A stretch of DNA of 63,986 nucleotides, the filler included, from Octopus bimaculoides (Eukaryota): NCBI RefSeq assembly GCF_001194135.2. It is 5 parts of 4 records of this genome, joined end to end, with 100 filler letters (N's around TTAATTAATTAA, not from the genome) between each part and the next. Parts side by side here need not be neighbours in the genome. Positions count along the whole stretch, not along the records: positions 1 to 23,407 come from NC_068982.1; positions 23,508 to 48,888 come from NC_068999.1; 3 more parts are not named here. One strand, 5' to 3'. Both the position numbers and the translations under genes were made by a program. A model generated the notes under the pieces. That model was not told the DNA's origin, did not search any database, and saw only the letters and a list, made by a program, of their open reading frames with translations. Below are positions 12,406 through 24,513 of the stretch, piece after piece. Position 1 is the first letter of the stretch; every line of letters starts with the position of its first letter.

Positions 12406-13489
12406 CTACTGAGAACTTTACAGTAAATTCTTAACTATCATAATTGCATGTGGAAATTTCTTAAAATTTTGTGGTAATTGACTAGGAATTTAGGAAACTG
12501 TCATACTCATGTTGTACATATTTGAAGTGTCTGCTAACAATCCTACTATTCTCGTGATGATCATCCACTTATTTATTGCTGTTAGTATCGATGACCTTAG
12601 TATATCACATATTATGCGAATACATAACTGAAATTGTGCAAATCATGACCAGTCTTTGTTCAAAACATAACAAATTCTGAATTTTTTTTATCTTAGCTTT
12701 ACATATCTCATTTCTTTTTTAAAATGGTAGGGGTATAGTATAATGCAAGAGATTTTACTATTATTTCTAGCTAACCAAATGACCATATAGTGACAACCTT
12801 TTTGACTTGTCACCTACTGTCTGTGGTAGTTGTAGGGAGGAGGTAAAAGGAGTGACATTGAAAAGAAGTGAAAAAGTGTGGGTGGTTTTATTTATAAAAG
12901 GAGATTTCTATGAGTCATATACTTGTTTAAAAGATGTGTGAATAGTATAAAGAAGTTCTTAAGATTTTAATGTTTACATGGTTTAGAAAGAAAATTTCGC
13001 ATAAATGGAAGAGATAAGAGAAGGAAGATGTGAAACAATGCATAGTCTTTCAAGAATGGAAGTCTGCAGTAGGGTGTCTATGGTTCTTTTTTTTCTTTTT
13101 TCTTTTCTTTTGATGGATGAGGAGTAAAGAGTTGGGTTTTTTTCTGTTCCTCCTTCCCACCCATTTTCTGATTCAAAATTTCAGATTTATGAAACTGATA
13201 AATCTTCATATACTAACTTTGAAGGGAAGATAGAACAATTTTATAAAAATATTTTGAAAAGTAAGATTAACATGGAATGTAGATGGCATAATAACCCTCC
13301 TAAGATATGACAAAACATGTTTCAATACATGAGTTCACATCAGGAATCTTGCTAATCAAATACAAAAATGAAATACAAAAGTTAATTAGAGATGTAAACC
13401 AACATTCAAATTTAAACTAATAAAAAGAAGTGCTGATCTCTAACTGTGGAGGAAACCTGTGGTAGAAGTAGACCCAGGAAGATATGGGA

Positions 13490-13915
13490 TAAGGTGGTGA
13501 AGCATGATCTTTGAACACTGGGCTTCATGAAGGCAATGACTAGTGACTGAGACCTTTAGCAATATGCTGTGCTTGAGAAGATTTGTCAAGCCAAGAAAAA
13601 TTGTAGTTGTGGCTGATGCTGGTGTCTTGTAACTGGCATCCATGCCAGGAGGCATGTTAAAAGCACCTTTTGAATGTTGAGCCTGACGGAGTTAAGGTGG
13701 CTGATGCTGGTGGCATGTGAAAAGCAACTTTTGAGTGTTGGGCCTCACAGAGGCAATGACAAATGACTGAGTCCTTTGGCATTATGCCATTCTTGAGAAG
13801 ATGGCCCCTCAAGCCAAGTGGAATTGTAGTCATGGCAGATTCTGGTGTGTGTCATGCAAATGGTACCAAATGCCAGTGGCATGTAAAAATACCCATTACA
13901 CTCTCAAAGTGTTTG
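13490..13915 (+). mobile_element. RTE 3' UTR with tandem sub-repeats
   Basis: gcaatgactagtgactgagacctttagcaatatgctgtgcttgagaag occurs twice with ggcatgt(g/t)aaaagcac units. It is homologous to 1300-1400 and 50760-51020. Confidence 0.7.
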
Positions 13916-14024
13916 GTGTTAGAAATTCAGGTTCAGTCCCACCGCGTGGCACCTTGTGCAAGTGTCTTTTACTATTGACTTGGACTGTGAGTGGATTTGG
14001 CAGATGGAAACTGAAAGAAGCCTG

Positions 14025-14061
<37 letters not shown>

Positions 14062-14290
14062 TGTCTATGTTTGTCCCCCACCCCACCCATCCACTCACTA
14101 CTTGACAACTGGTGTTGGTGTATTTACATCCCCATAATTTAGCGGTTCGGCAAATGGGACCTATAGAATAAGTACCAGGCTTAACAAAAGATAAGTACAG
14201 GGGTCAGTTCATTCGACTAAAAAATGGAATTTTCCAAAGCAGTGCCCCAGCATGGCCCCAGTCTGATGACTGAAACAAGTAAAAGATAAA
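13915..14290 (+). mobile_element. SINE family B, near full length with internal (GT)n
   Basis: ggttcagtcccaccgcgtggcaccttgtgcaagtgtc...(gt)n...gcggttcggcaaa...gaataagtaccaggc...gactgaaacaagtaaaag. Confidence 0.85.
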
Positions 14291-15221
14291 TGTATGATTG
14301 CTCTGTTACAAATCTAAGGAATGAATATGCTAGAATGGTTGCCTATTCTTTCTCAGAAAGGCACTTAAAAAAAGCTTGAATTTAGCACTGCTGACTCCTA
14401 CTGCTTACAATACCATGTCACTGGTTATAGCAATGATACATGCACGCCTGCAGTATCTACTAAGTATCAAGAGCTAAGTGTCTTTGCCATAGACATAATA
14501 CAGCGTCATTAGTAATATAGAGACCGCCAACCTCCTAGCTCATTATTAAGTGGTCTACTGACATAATTCAGCCTTTTGTACTATCACTGACTAAACTTGC
14601 AAACAAAGAAAATGTAAAGATCTTACATTGGAACGTTCCTGCTCAGTAGACAGTATTATTGCACCTGTTGAAACTGTTGAAAAGATTTTTTTTTTAGATT
14701 ATGTATTTAAGCAATGATTTGAAGAAATTAGAACATTTAATTGTTAAGCGAGTAGTTGAAGCGAGAAATTTTTTTCAAACTTGCTATTCCGATACCTGCC
14801 ATGAAACAATTAACACTCAAATTATATTATCATACACACTACACACACACACACACATGCATTGTTGGTATGGTTATTGTATGTGCAGAATAGTTTTATA
14901 AGACATGCATTTGATATATATATATATATACATTTATATATATATATATCAAGAAAAAGGAGGGAATCAGAATTTTGTATAATTATTTATTTATAATAAT
15001 CATCCAAAATTCTGACTACTTCCTTTCAATTCATGCTTGGCCATTCAACCCATGCCAGCATGGAAAACAGGTGTTAAATGTGGATAATGATGATGATGAT
15101 GATGATAAAATCTGTACACTATTTCAAACAATCTATACATACATACATACATACATACATACATACATACATACATACATACATACATACATACATACAT
15201 GCATGCATACATACATACAAA

Positions 15222-15670
15222 AAATTACTGGCCAATTGCATGCCAGAACTTAAAGTATAAGATATATATAGAATGCTTAAACCTCTTCCTCCAAGACCAT
15301 TGTGAAGTGGAAGCATAGGAGGAACCTAGTTTCAATGTGGCTAGGCTACAAGAAAGCCTTTGACTTTGTTCCCCACTCATTGATGCAAGAAGCCCTTCAA
15401 CTTGCTGACGTTCCAGTGAACATAGTCAAAACCATAGCTGACATTGTGGGTCACCATCTCGAAATTAAACACAAAGAGTGATTGTATTATCACTGATAGA
15501 ATACAGTATTGCAAAAGCATATTCCAAGGAGATAGCCTCTCTGTGATGTTGTTTATACTTTCTGTAAACCCCTTGTCATTCATGTTAAGGAAATTTGAAG
15601 GATATCTCACTGGTTCACAAGGAAACAGAAATACCAAAATTACACACTGTTTCTTTGTGGATGACTTATG
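15222..15670 (+). mobile_element. R4/Dong-type reverse transcriptase fragment
   Basis: NYWPIACQNLKYKIYIECLNLFLQDHCE..WLGYKKAFDFVPHS..IFQGDSLSVMLFILSVNPLS..KITHCFFVDDL. Confidence 0.85.
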
Positions 15671-15699
15671 GTGAGCCACTGTATAGCGCTGTCAGTCAT

Positions 15700-16509
15700 C
15701 GCATGGTGACTGGAAAAGCATAAAAGAGGTGAGAAAATCAGCACCATGATGCAATTCACTCTGCCAGAAATTTGGAAATGACATGCTGTACTGCTTGGCA
15801 TTCACGCTGGAAGCTCCAATACAAACAGACGGGGAACACACGAAACAACCATTGGCTTACTGTGTCCTAAAAACATGCACTGAGAGTGATAAAATCAAAC
15901 ATCCAGTCAACACCATGGTGCTTGGAGTGAACTCTAGTGATGGTGGTGTTATGCCTCTATTCATCTCCCCACACGGCCTCACACTCAACACGGAGGCCTA
16001 CATCAAGTGCCTGGAGGAGGTAGTGCTGTCTTGGGTGAAGAGAGTGGCTGCTGGAAGACCCTATGTCTGGCAACAGGACTCTGCATCATGCCACACAAGC
16101 AGGAGAACTCAGTCATAGCTGTCAGATAATTTCTGCGATCACATCACCCCTAACATCTGGCCACTTAACTCCCCAGAATACAACCCCCTTGATTATCGTG
16201 TGTGTGGGATGCAGTTGAGTTGAGCAAGAGACCAACAAAAGTCCTTGTAACACCAAACACAAAGAAGGCAAGGATTATGGCAGCATTCACCAACTTAAAC
16301 ACGGAGACTGTCCAGAAGAGCTGCAGGAGATTCCAAAGTCGTCTGGAGGTTGTAGTTGAAGCCAATGGTGATTTTATTGAATAAATTTGCTCTTTAGAAT
16401 TTCAGGAGATATTTTTATGTAATTTCGGTAAATATATCTGTTAAAATGAGATGTCAGTGTTATTTTCATTTTTGCGTAATTTAGACCACTGCTTATTCAC
16501 TGCACCCTG
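15700..16509 (+). mobile_element. maT-type (DD37D) Tc1/mariner transposon remnant
   Basis: KHPVNTMVLGV..YVWQQDSA..IWPLNSPEYNPLDY, with 37 residues counted between the two D (including one in-frame stop). The right end is ...tgcaccctg followed by TA. The left TIR was not found. Confidence 0.85.
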
Positions 16510-16554
16510 TATACATCTTATTAGCAAGATAATTCATCTGACTGTAATTGTGAA

Positions 16555-16870
16555 AAGTCAGTAGGGGAGCTAAATACATGCTTCTGCATATGACTAACTA
16601 GTCCAGCTTGGGAGAGACAGTTATGGCTGCAGGTATCACAATTTAGGACAGAAGGATCATTGGCCACAAGTATACCTTTTCTTGCCTCCCTTTTTATCTG
16701 TGCATGTTTCTGCTTATTATCTTCAAACAAGGCAGCATCTTCTTGGATTTTTCTCCTCCATTTTGGTTTGTCCATTGCATCACTCTCCCAGTTTGCATGC
16801 ATCATATTGGTTAATGACATTGTTTACATTTGCCTGTTTCCTGAAACATTTGCTCTTGGAGCCTAAGTAG
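16555..16870 (-). mobile_element. RTE-BovB-like LINE C-terminal fragment with C2H2 finger
   Basis: NWESDAMDKPKWRRKIQEDAALFEDNKQKHAQIKREARKG...CDTCSHNCLSQAGLVSHMQKH. Confidence 0.8.
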
Positions 16871-17764
16871 GAAATCTGTATTAGCTGACGCGACATAAGA
16901 GTCTCTCTACAGCTGTTTGACTTTTTAGAAGTAGCAGTCGAATATCACTTGAACCACATGAAAATAAAAAGTGAATACATCGAATAATGTAGTCTTAGTT
17001 ATGTTGTACATGAATAAAAGGTGGGCAGGTCATAGCTGGAAACACTTTTATCAAAGGTCTGCTTCATCAGGAATTTATACCTTGGGCTAAACAACAACAG
17101 TCACAACTTATATCACAATAAACAATTATAAGTTTTGTAGGGCAGTAAAAGGTATGCATACTTCTAGAAAACAAAGTTTACAAACTGGTTTTAATACATT
17201 ACTGAAGTCAATTCATTTTACTTTTGCTTCAAATACCTTTAAGAAAGTAATAAGCTTTATATAGTTTTCTTTCATTATATCTTATAAATCTGTGGCACAA
17301 AAGTTTATAGGTGAAAAGTAGGTGAGTGAATAGTAGAAATGGTAAAGTTCTCGATTAAGTGCATTTCTGTGATGAAATCTTGCAGAAAGGAAATAAAGAA
17401 GTATATATAATATAGCTTGGATTCTTGAATAAAGCTCTCCTGCATTGCCTTTTTGTATAACATGAAATCATATAACATTCAATCTTGTTTCTTCTAAATC
17501 TGGAGCTGTGGACCTAATGAAAACAAATCATTATCATTTGAAGAAAAGAGTAACTAGGATGGCAGAAACATTACAATGTCAGGCAAAATTCCTTACAGTT
17601 TTTAATTTCTTCCCTCAACATTCTCAATTCAAATTTTGATATTGCTGCATCTATCCTTCACTTGTTTTTCTTTTTATGACACACATCCATCAACAATAGC
17701 TTCATTGGAGATTTGACTTCAAAGTTAAGCTTGTAGACCAATTAATAGTTCACAGTATTTTAGT

Positions 17765-19375
17765 GTGGAGTGTCAGTAAGATATGTCCTAGAAATGTACT
17801 GAGCTATTAATATTAGCATAATTGATATCTCTCCCTTTAAAAAAATGTGTCAGAAATATACACTGAACAGCAAGAGAAACAGTTTTTTCAAATGTCATTT
17901 TTATATGATAAATTCTGAAAATATATTTCGGGGATGTGAGTGTAAATATTCCAAGACGTGTTGATTTATGGCTGAGACCCAAATTGCAGGTAGCCTTTCA
18001 ACTTTCCCTGAAATGAGACACCAAAACACAGCTGTGTTGAATGCTGTGGGTGGCAGTCGCAAACAATTGCCATGAAAACGGAAATGCATGTGCATCTCGT
18101 GGAGGTTATGGGTATAAAAGTCAACTTGAACCATGTTCTTGGCATTTGTAATTTGGACATATCAGGTATGACCCGATTGTCAACAGTGCAGAGAGAACCA
18201 ACTATCGGCCGATTGCAAGCAGGGTAGCATGCCCTGGTTGTTGCAAAAGCTTACAGTGTCCATGTCAGCACCATCTATTGCCTGCAACAGCAATACAACA
18301 ATACCAACAGCATTGCAGACCATGCCCGTAGAAGGTGCTCTGGGTGACCACGCCCAGGCAAGACCGCTTCATCCACCTGCAATACCTCTGTAATTGCTTC
18401 GAACTGGCCAGCTTGACAGCTCAAGAGATCATTGGCACTGAACAATGACCCTTCAGCTACAACACAGTATGACTGGCTGCCAACTAACTGCATTACCGTC
18501 ATCCTGTTTGAGGGCCTGTCCTCACCACCTACCACTGTTAGGCATGATTACAGTGGGCTACACAGCACCGACATTGGCAGCATCAACAATGGAGGTCAAT
18601 AGTCTCCTTTGATGAGAGCTGGTACTGCATTTCCACCTCAGATAGCAGAGTGAGGATGTGGTGTAGGAGAACACTACAGAGACACATGTGTCATGGAAAG
18701 AGACGTGTGGGGTGGCGAAAGCATCATGGTTTGGGATGCTATAGGCCTGAATCAGAGAATAGGGCCCCCATATGTTTCAAAATGTTGGTGCAGGCAGTGG
18801 GAATGGCATCACAGTGCAGCGCTACATTGACCAGATCCTAAGACCTCACATTGTGCTCTTCACCCGTCACCAAAGCCACATGTTCCAGCAGGATAATATC
18901 CCTTCCACATGGTCAGGGTCACCATAGACTTCCTGCATCAGCACAACGTCAGAACCATGCCGCAACTGGCTTTCAGTCCGAATTTGAACCCAATTGAACA
19001 CCAGTGGGATGAAATCCAGAGACGGCTGAACCAGGTGGTCCCAAGGCCGACAACTCATGTGGAACTGGGGCAGCTTTCCTCAAGGTGTGGGCACAGGTAC
19101 CAATGGATCTTGTGAACTGCCTCATGCACTCTGTGTACCGACGGTGTATGGCCATTTTGAACACCCAGTGAGGGCATACACGGTATTGAACACGTCATGC
19201 CCTACAATCTCAATATGCTGGATCCGCCCACTACCAGAACACATGACAACAACCTGTAGACTGTGGTCAAAGTGCATCCAAGAAATTGACTTTATCAGAT
19301 TTATTAAAATTTATTTCTGACATAATGAAATTAAAACATATTTCATATGATGGTTGTCAATTTCCTAGATGTATC
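17765..19375 (+). mobile_element. Tc1 (DD34E) transposon, degenerate
   Basis: FQQDNIP.HMVRVTIDFLHQHNVRTMPQLAFSPNLNPIEHQWDEIQRRL gives D-34-E after repairing a 1-nt frameshift. The C-terminus reads GHTRY*. The TIRs are eroded and the boundaries approximate. Confidence 0.85.
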
Positions 19376-19394
19376 CTTAGATTTAAATAAGAAT

Positions 19395-20825
19395 ATTTAC
19401 AAACCCTATAGGAAGCCCAACAATAGACTTTGTTATATTAATGGAGGTCCCTGCCATCCCCCCATAGTGTTTAAGAATTTAGTTTAAAACATTAGCAAGA
19501 GAATTTCTAGCCTCTCCTCCGAATTTCTAGTTTCTCCTCCGAATTTCTAGCCTCTCCTCCGATAGAAACATTTTTAATTGTGTTGCCTCAACATATAATA
19601 AAGCTCTAAAAGATAGTGGATTTACAGAGGAAATAACCTATACACCTGTTACCAGTCCAGTAATAGAGAAAAGGAAACATTGGAATAGGAAAACTATCTG
19701 GTTCACACCCCCTTACTCCCTGAATATTTCTTATTACTTATAGGTAGGCATTTTGCAATCAATCATAATTATAGAAAGCTCTTCAATAGGCATAACGTAA
19801 AAATTAGTTTTAGCTCAACTACTAATTTTAAAAATATAATTGCACACAACAAACAAAATCAACAAAATGAAACCATCTGTTCATGCAAGGATAGAAATTT
19901 GTGCCCACTAAATGGAGCTTGCATGTCCGAGACCATCATTTATGAAGCCACCATAGACTCTACAACCACTAAGGACATAGTTTCGTCAAAGAAATATGTG
20001 GGTCTCACAGAGGTGAATTTCAAAGTCAGGTTCAACAATCATACCTTGAGCTTCAAACCCTGGGAAAAAAGAAAAACAACCAAATTGTCCAGTTATATAT
20101 GGTCCTTAAAAGAAAAGGTGTCAACTATAACATCCATTGGAAGATCTTAGCCAAGTGTAAGCCTTACACCAATGGCAGTGGAAAGTGCAGTCTTTGTGAT
20201 ATGGAAAGATGGCTCATCTGGAAAAGCTCCTTAGACCCCACTACATGTCTAAATTCAAGAACTGAACTTTTTGGATCATGTCCACATATGGCTAAATATT
20301 TGTTATGTTTTTGGTCCCCCCAAGATCACAGATAGACCCTGCTTTTTATACTGTGTCCATGTACAAGCATTTCATTTCTTACATATATATTTTTATATTT
20401 TTACATATTTTTATATACATTTTTTATATATTTTATTGCTTTATATATTTATATATTTTTTCTGTACATTACCTTTCACCCTGCATATTTGTGCATGTGT
20501 GTATAGAGACGTGTATATGAGCATAATTGTGTGCATATGGGTATTTTTACGTGTGTATGTGCATGTGTGCAGGTACATATATGTGTACATGTGTATGGAT
20601 GCATATATATCTATACATATAGGTGTGTGCATGGCTGTGCATGTATGTGTTTCACGTGAGTGTGAGTGAGCATATGCATATATGCACATGCACGTGGGTG
20701 TGCGTGCATATGTATGTATGTACATGTGCGCATACGTGGGCTCTATGAGCGTGGGTTTGCTTTCTTCGAGTATTTTTACTTTATCTCTTTTGGGTAATCT
20801 CCCTTTATTTCCCACACAGCTACTC

Positions 20826-20830
<5 letters not shown>
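19395..20830 (+). mobile_element. Penelope-like element (Neptune-type), RT thumb plus GIY-YIG endonuclease, with microsatellite-rich 3' repeat
   Basis: KPYRKPNN..HPP..ISSLSS..WFTPPYS..CSC..CPLNGAC....IYEATI..KKYVGLTEVNFKVRFNNH..W.ILAKCKPY..CSLC.ME..LNSRTELFGSCPH. Confidence 0.9.
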
Positions 20831-20876
<46 letters not shown>

Positions 20877-21892
20877 GTGCTTGTGTTTTTATTTATAGGG
20901 GAAAAATGTTGACTTTGCTTTCATCTTTTGTGGTTGATAAATTGAGCATCAGTTGAGTGCAGGGGTCGATGTTATCGACTTGCACCCCTCCACCACTGCT
21001 GCAAAATTGCAGGCTTTGTTTCTGTAGTCGCATGGATTTATTGTAAAATAAGTGTCAGTTCATGTCCAGTACTTAGCAGTTCAACAAATGGAGATCATTA
21101 AAATAAGTAGCAGACTGAAATATGTACTGGATGAAGAAAACTTTTGAAGCCATTGTTTTCAGCATAACTTCTGTTCAATGACAGGAACCACTAAAACACT
21201 AAAAAAATAAAAGAACAAAATCTATGTCAGCCATGCTTTCTTTTAAAATTTAGGTCGGGACACTCTTACCTGAAAGGCAACAAAATTAACAATCAAGGCA
21301 ACACCCTCAATACTATATGAAAGCTATTGCATATAACACTCAAATTTTTAGACAAGGCTGCCTTCTGCATAAAAAACAAATAGCAAAGTGGGTCCTGATA
21401 TACTAGATGTGGTGATCCAAGAAATTTGAATTAAAGGTTTTGCCCTTAATGAGAATAAATAATCATCTCCTAATATAATAATGAGCATAGTGTTTTTATA
21501 TATTTGTATATATACATATTTGTCCAGAATCATGCCGGGCGTGGAGGAGGAGAGAAAATAGTAATTCAGTGAAAGAGAAGTAGTGAGAGTAATAGCCCTA
21601 ACTGAGAGGGAGTGTGAGAAATAATAGCAATGAGAGAAAAGAAGGGGTGATAGATGAATAAGGAAGGAAGGGGTGAAAAAAATCAGCGTTTCAACTCTCT
21701 GTGAGTATATGTGTGTATGTGTGTGTGTGTGTGTGTGTGTACAAGGGAAGTATGTGAATGTGTATATGTGGGATTATTATGAACCTTATTTATATATAAA
21801 ATACTACAATTAGTCATCATTATCGATGGCACATGGTCAGCTAGTTATGGTAAAAATCAGTTATATATTTGACAAATATGTATATATTGATA

Positions 21893-22130
21893 TAGGCACT
21901 GTGTTAAGAAGCTTGCTTTGAAACCACATGGTTTCAGGTTCAGTCCCCTTGTGTGGCACCTTGGGCACATGTCCTCTACTACAGCTCAAGACCAACCAAT
22001 AGCTTGTGAGTGAATTATGTTAGGGGAAACTGTATGGTAGCTTTTCAAATATATATACATGTGAGTGTGTGTGTTTGTATTTGTTCCCACTCCACTGTTT
22101 AACAACTGGTATTGGTTTGTTTATGCCTCT
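21893..22130 (+). mobile_element. SINE family B, 3'-truncated
   Basis: aggcactgtgttaagaagcttgc...ggttcagtccccttgtgtggcaccttgggcac. Confidence 0.75.
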
Positions 22131-22137
22131 ATTAATT

Positions 22138-22440
22138 AACTCGGAATCTTGGGGTTGGTAGCCTGCACTCTTAACTCCAAGATTCCGAGTTCGATTCCGG
22201 GCAGTGGCCTGAATGGTAGTAGTAATGGTAATAATAGTAATAATAATAATAATAATAATAATGATGGCAATGATGATAATAATAATAGCAGCAGCATCGA
22301 AGAATACCTTGGGAGTGGGGACCCAGGTTCGAGGTTTCCCCGGGACATCTGAGGAAGGCTGGAGGGTGTATCAGCTGAAATGTTGTGTTAACAACAAACG
22401 GGATGAGGACGGATCTCTGTCAAATGTAAATAATGTGCCT
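22138..22440 (+). mobile_element. tRNA-headed SINE family D with (AAT)n spacer and hammerhead-like 3' module
   Basis: B-box-like gagttcgattcc at 22187-22198, an internal (aat)n, then gacat-CTGAGGA-aggctg...cagct-GAAA-tgtt-gtgtt. Confidence 0.65.
22344..22389 (+). ncRNA. Minimal type I hammerhead ribozyme motif (wobble-weakened)
   Basis: Stem I GACAT/GTGTT, core CTGAGGA, stem II GGCTG/CAGCT, GAAA, short stem III ATGT, cleavage triplet GUU. Confidence 0.55.
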
Positions 22441-23451
22441 ATAATATATATATATATACCCACTACACTCTCTGAGTGGTTGGCGTTAGGAAGGGCATCC
22501 AGCTGTAGAAACTGGAGACATACAAAGAAACTGAACGAAAACAAACATGGAGGGTTGTTAGACCAGAACGAGAGAAAAATAGTGATCGCTGGGAGGAACA
22601 TCTTTTTTTATTATTTCTTGTTTAAACGTATAGAAAAAACAAGAAACAGTGGGGTATTTATAATGAGTAAAAAGATGAGGTTAATAACAATAAAGATGAC
22701 AGATAGGTGATAAATAATAAAACTGATAATACTGAATAAAATAAAACCAAGAATAGGTATCCTGACATGGGGGACTAACCACATAGGGAAATTCGGGACA
22801 CGCCATATACAACTCTAGAAATACCAAAGGTCAATGCCTTCTCCAAGTTCTTTCCATAAACCGATAGCCGCACAGTTAATGTGCAAGGTTGTGAATGCAT
22901 AAAGAACCATCATATTAGTCCTGACTGTCCAGAATTGCACTCTTGAAATTACGCCAGCATTATGAAGTCAGCACAGAAAGAAGATAATACATACACCTTA
23001 TATTTCTGAAAGTTTATGTCTACCGAATAGAGAGGAGTAATAGAGTTGAAGTAGAAGTGGTAAAAATGGCTCCAGGTAGCTTTTTCGCCAAACTGTCGTT
23101 AGAGTTAAAATATATTTGCTACGAAACGATAACTCTAAAGATGTCTGCTGGTTTGTGCTATGGTGAAACCACGCGCAACAAAACAAGTATATAATCCCTG
23201 TCAGACTTGGGCACAGTGACCGATTCTGAGCTGATTTATAAGCAGTGATTGGATAAATGGATGAACCGATGGCGGTGAATTTACATCCTTTATCTGGTTT
23301 TAACAGCGTCAGGACCATCACTGAATGCCAAGCTCAGTAGGCTTTGGACGATTGTTCAAGAGGAAGCTTGCTTGGACAAGATAGTATGTCTCGCAACTTT
23401 CTATTTGNNNNNNNNNNNNNNNNNNNNNNNNNNNNNNNNNNNNNNNNNNNN

Positions 23452-23463
23452 TTAATTAATTAA
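23452..23463. other. Assembly linker TTAATTAATTAA (six-frame stop) centred in a 100-bp gap
   Basis: Exactly 44 N on each side. Identical blocks lie at 48933-48944, 56900-56911 and 62131-62142. Confidence 0.95.
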
Positions 23464-23507
23464 NNNNNNNNNNNNNNNNNNNNNNNNNNNNNNNNNNNNN
23501 NNNNNNN

Positions 23508-23566
<59 letters not shown>

Positions 23567-23779
23567 TATGTATGCATGTATGTATGTATGTATGTATGTA
23601 TCTACATATGGATTGTTGGCAATGTTTTTTCTACTTCATTTTCGTTTGGACTTTCCTATATCTCCTGTTTCCGAAGAAGTGCTTTGCTTGAAATGTAAAA
23701 CAACTACTCTTTCTTTGCTTCTCTGACCATCTTATTAATACTTTGCATGTACGACGTCCTAGCGGTGTTCTTTTTTTAC

Positions 23780-24250
23780 TTGTCTTCTTTAGGCAACTTT
23801 CATCAATAAATATCTTCGACAACTCAACATGAACACATAACAATACAAAACACTTCTAACTTTTCAATTAATACCACTAACCCCCTTACATCCCATACAC
23901 CATTCACATTACAGATTTATATCTAGACTAATTGCACCAAATCTAGGACTACTTACCTCCCTTACACATAGTCTTTTTACTCAGAGACTAGTAGACCCGA
24001 CACCATTCGGTAATCAGTACGCATTTAAAGCAGTGATCAATAATTTCACGAAACCGGTATGCCTTTGAATCTCTTTAACAATTCACAATAATGACTTTTA
24101 TTACTTGTATTCCTACCTCAGTTCATCTAATTGTATACATCTATCGTTACTTTTCATAAAATGCCGTTACTTTTTAGATTTCCAATGTGCATTTTCGATA
24201 ATTTTTCTTTTTACTTTCCCCTTACATTTCCACGTGTAGTTTCTATTTTC
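23780..24250 (+). mobile_element. Possible Penelope-like 3' end (GIY-YIG tail plus pLTR)
   Basis: CLL*ATFINKYLRQLNMNT resembles a GIY-YIG C-terminus. A decayed hammerhead-like gtga...tcac-GAAA-CCGG-TA follows at 24021-24062. Confidence 0.4.
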
Positions 24251-24464
24251 TTTTTTTTAACAGTTTTCTATTATANNNNNNNNNNNNNNNNNNNNNNNNN
24301 NNNNNNNNNNNNNNNNNNNNNNNNNNNNNNNNNNNNNNNNNNNNNNNNNNNNNNNNNNNNNNNNNNNNNNNNNNNNNNNNNATATATATATATTTATTTA
24401 TTTATTTATTTATACGTACATATATATATACATATATATACATATATACATGTATATATTTACA

Positions 24465-24513
<49 letters not shown>

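Noticed and set aside
22160-22210. tRNA gene (also SINE heads at 47920-47994 and 60105-60180)
   Set aside because: A/B-box-like heads run directly into SINE bodies and no complete cloverleaf is present.
22998-23321. 107-aa minus-strand ORF with LKPDKG resembling a LINE RT motif
   Set aside because: The remaining RT motifs are not present in the right order.
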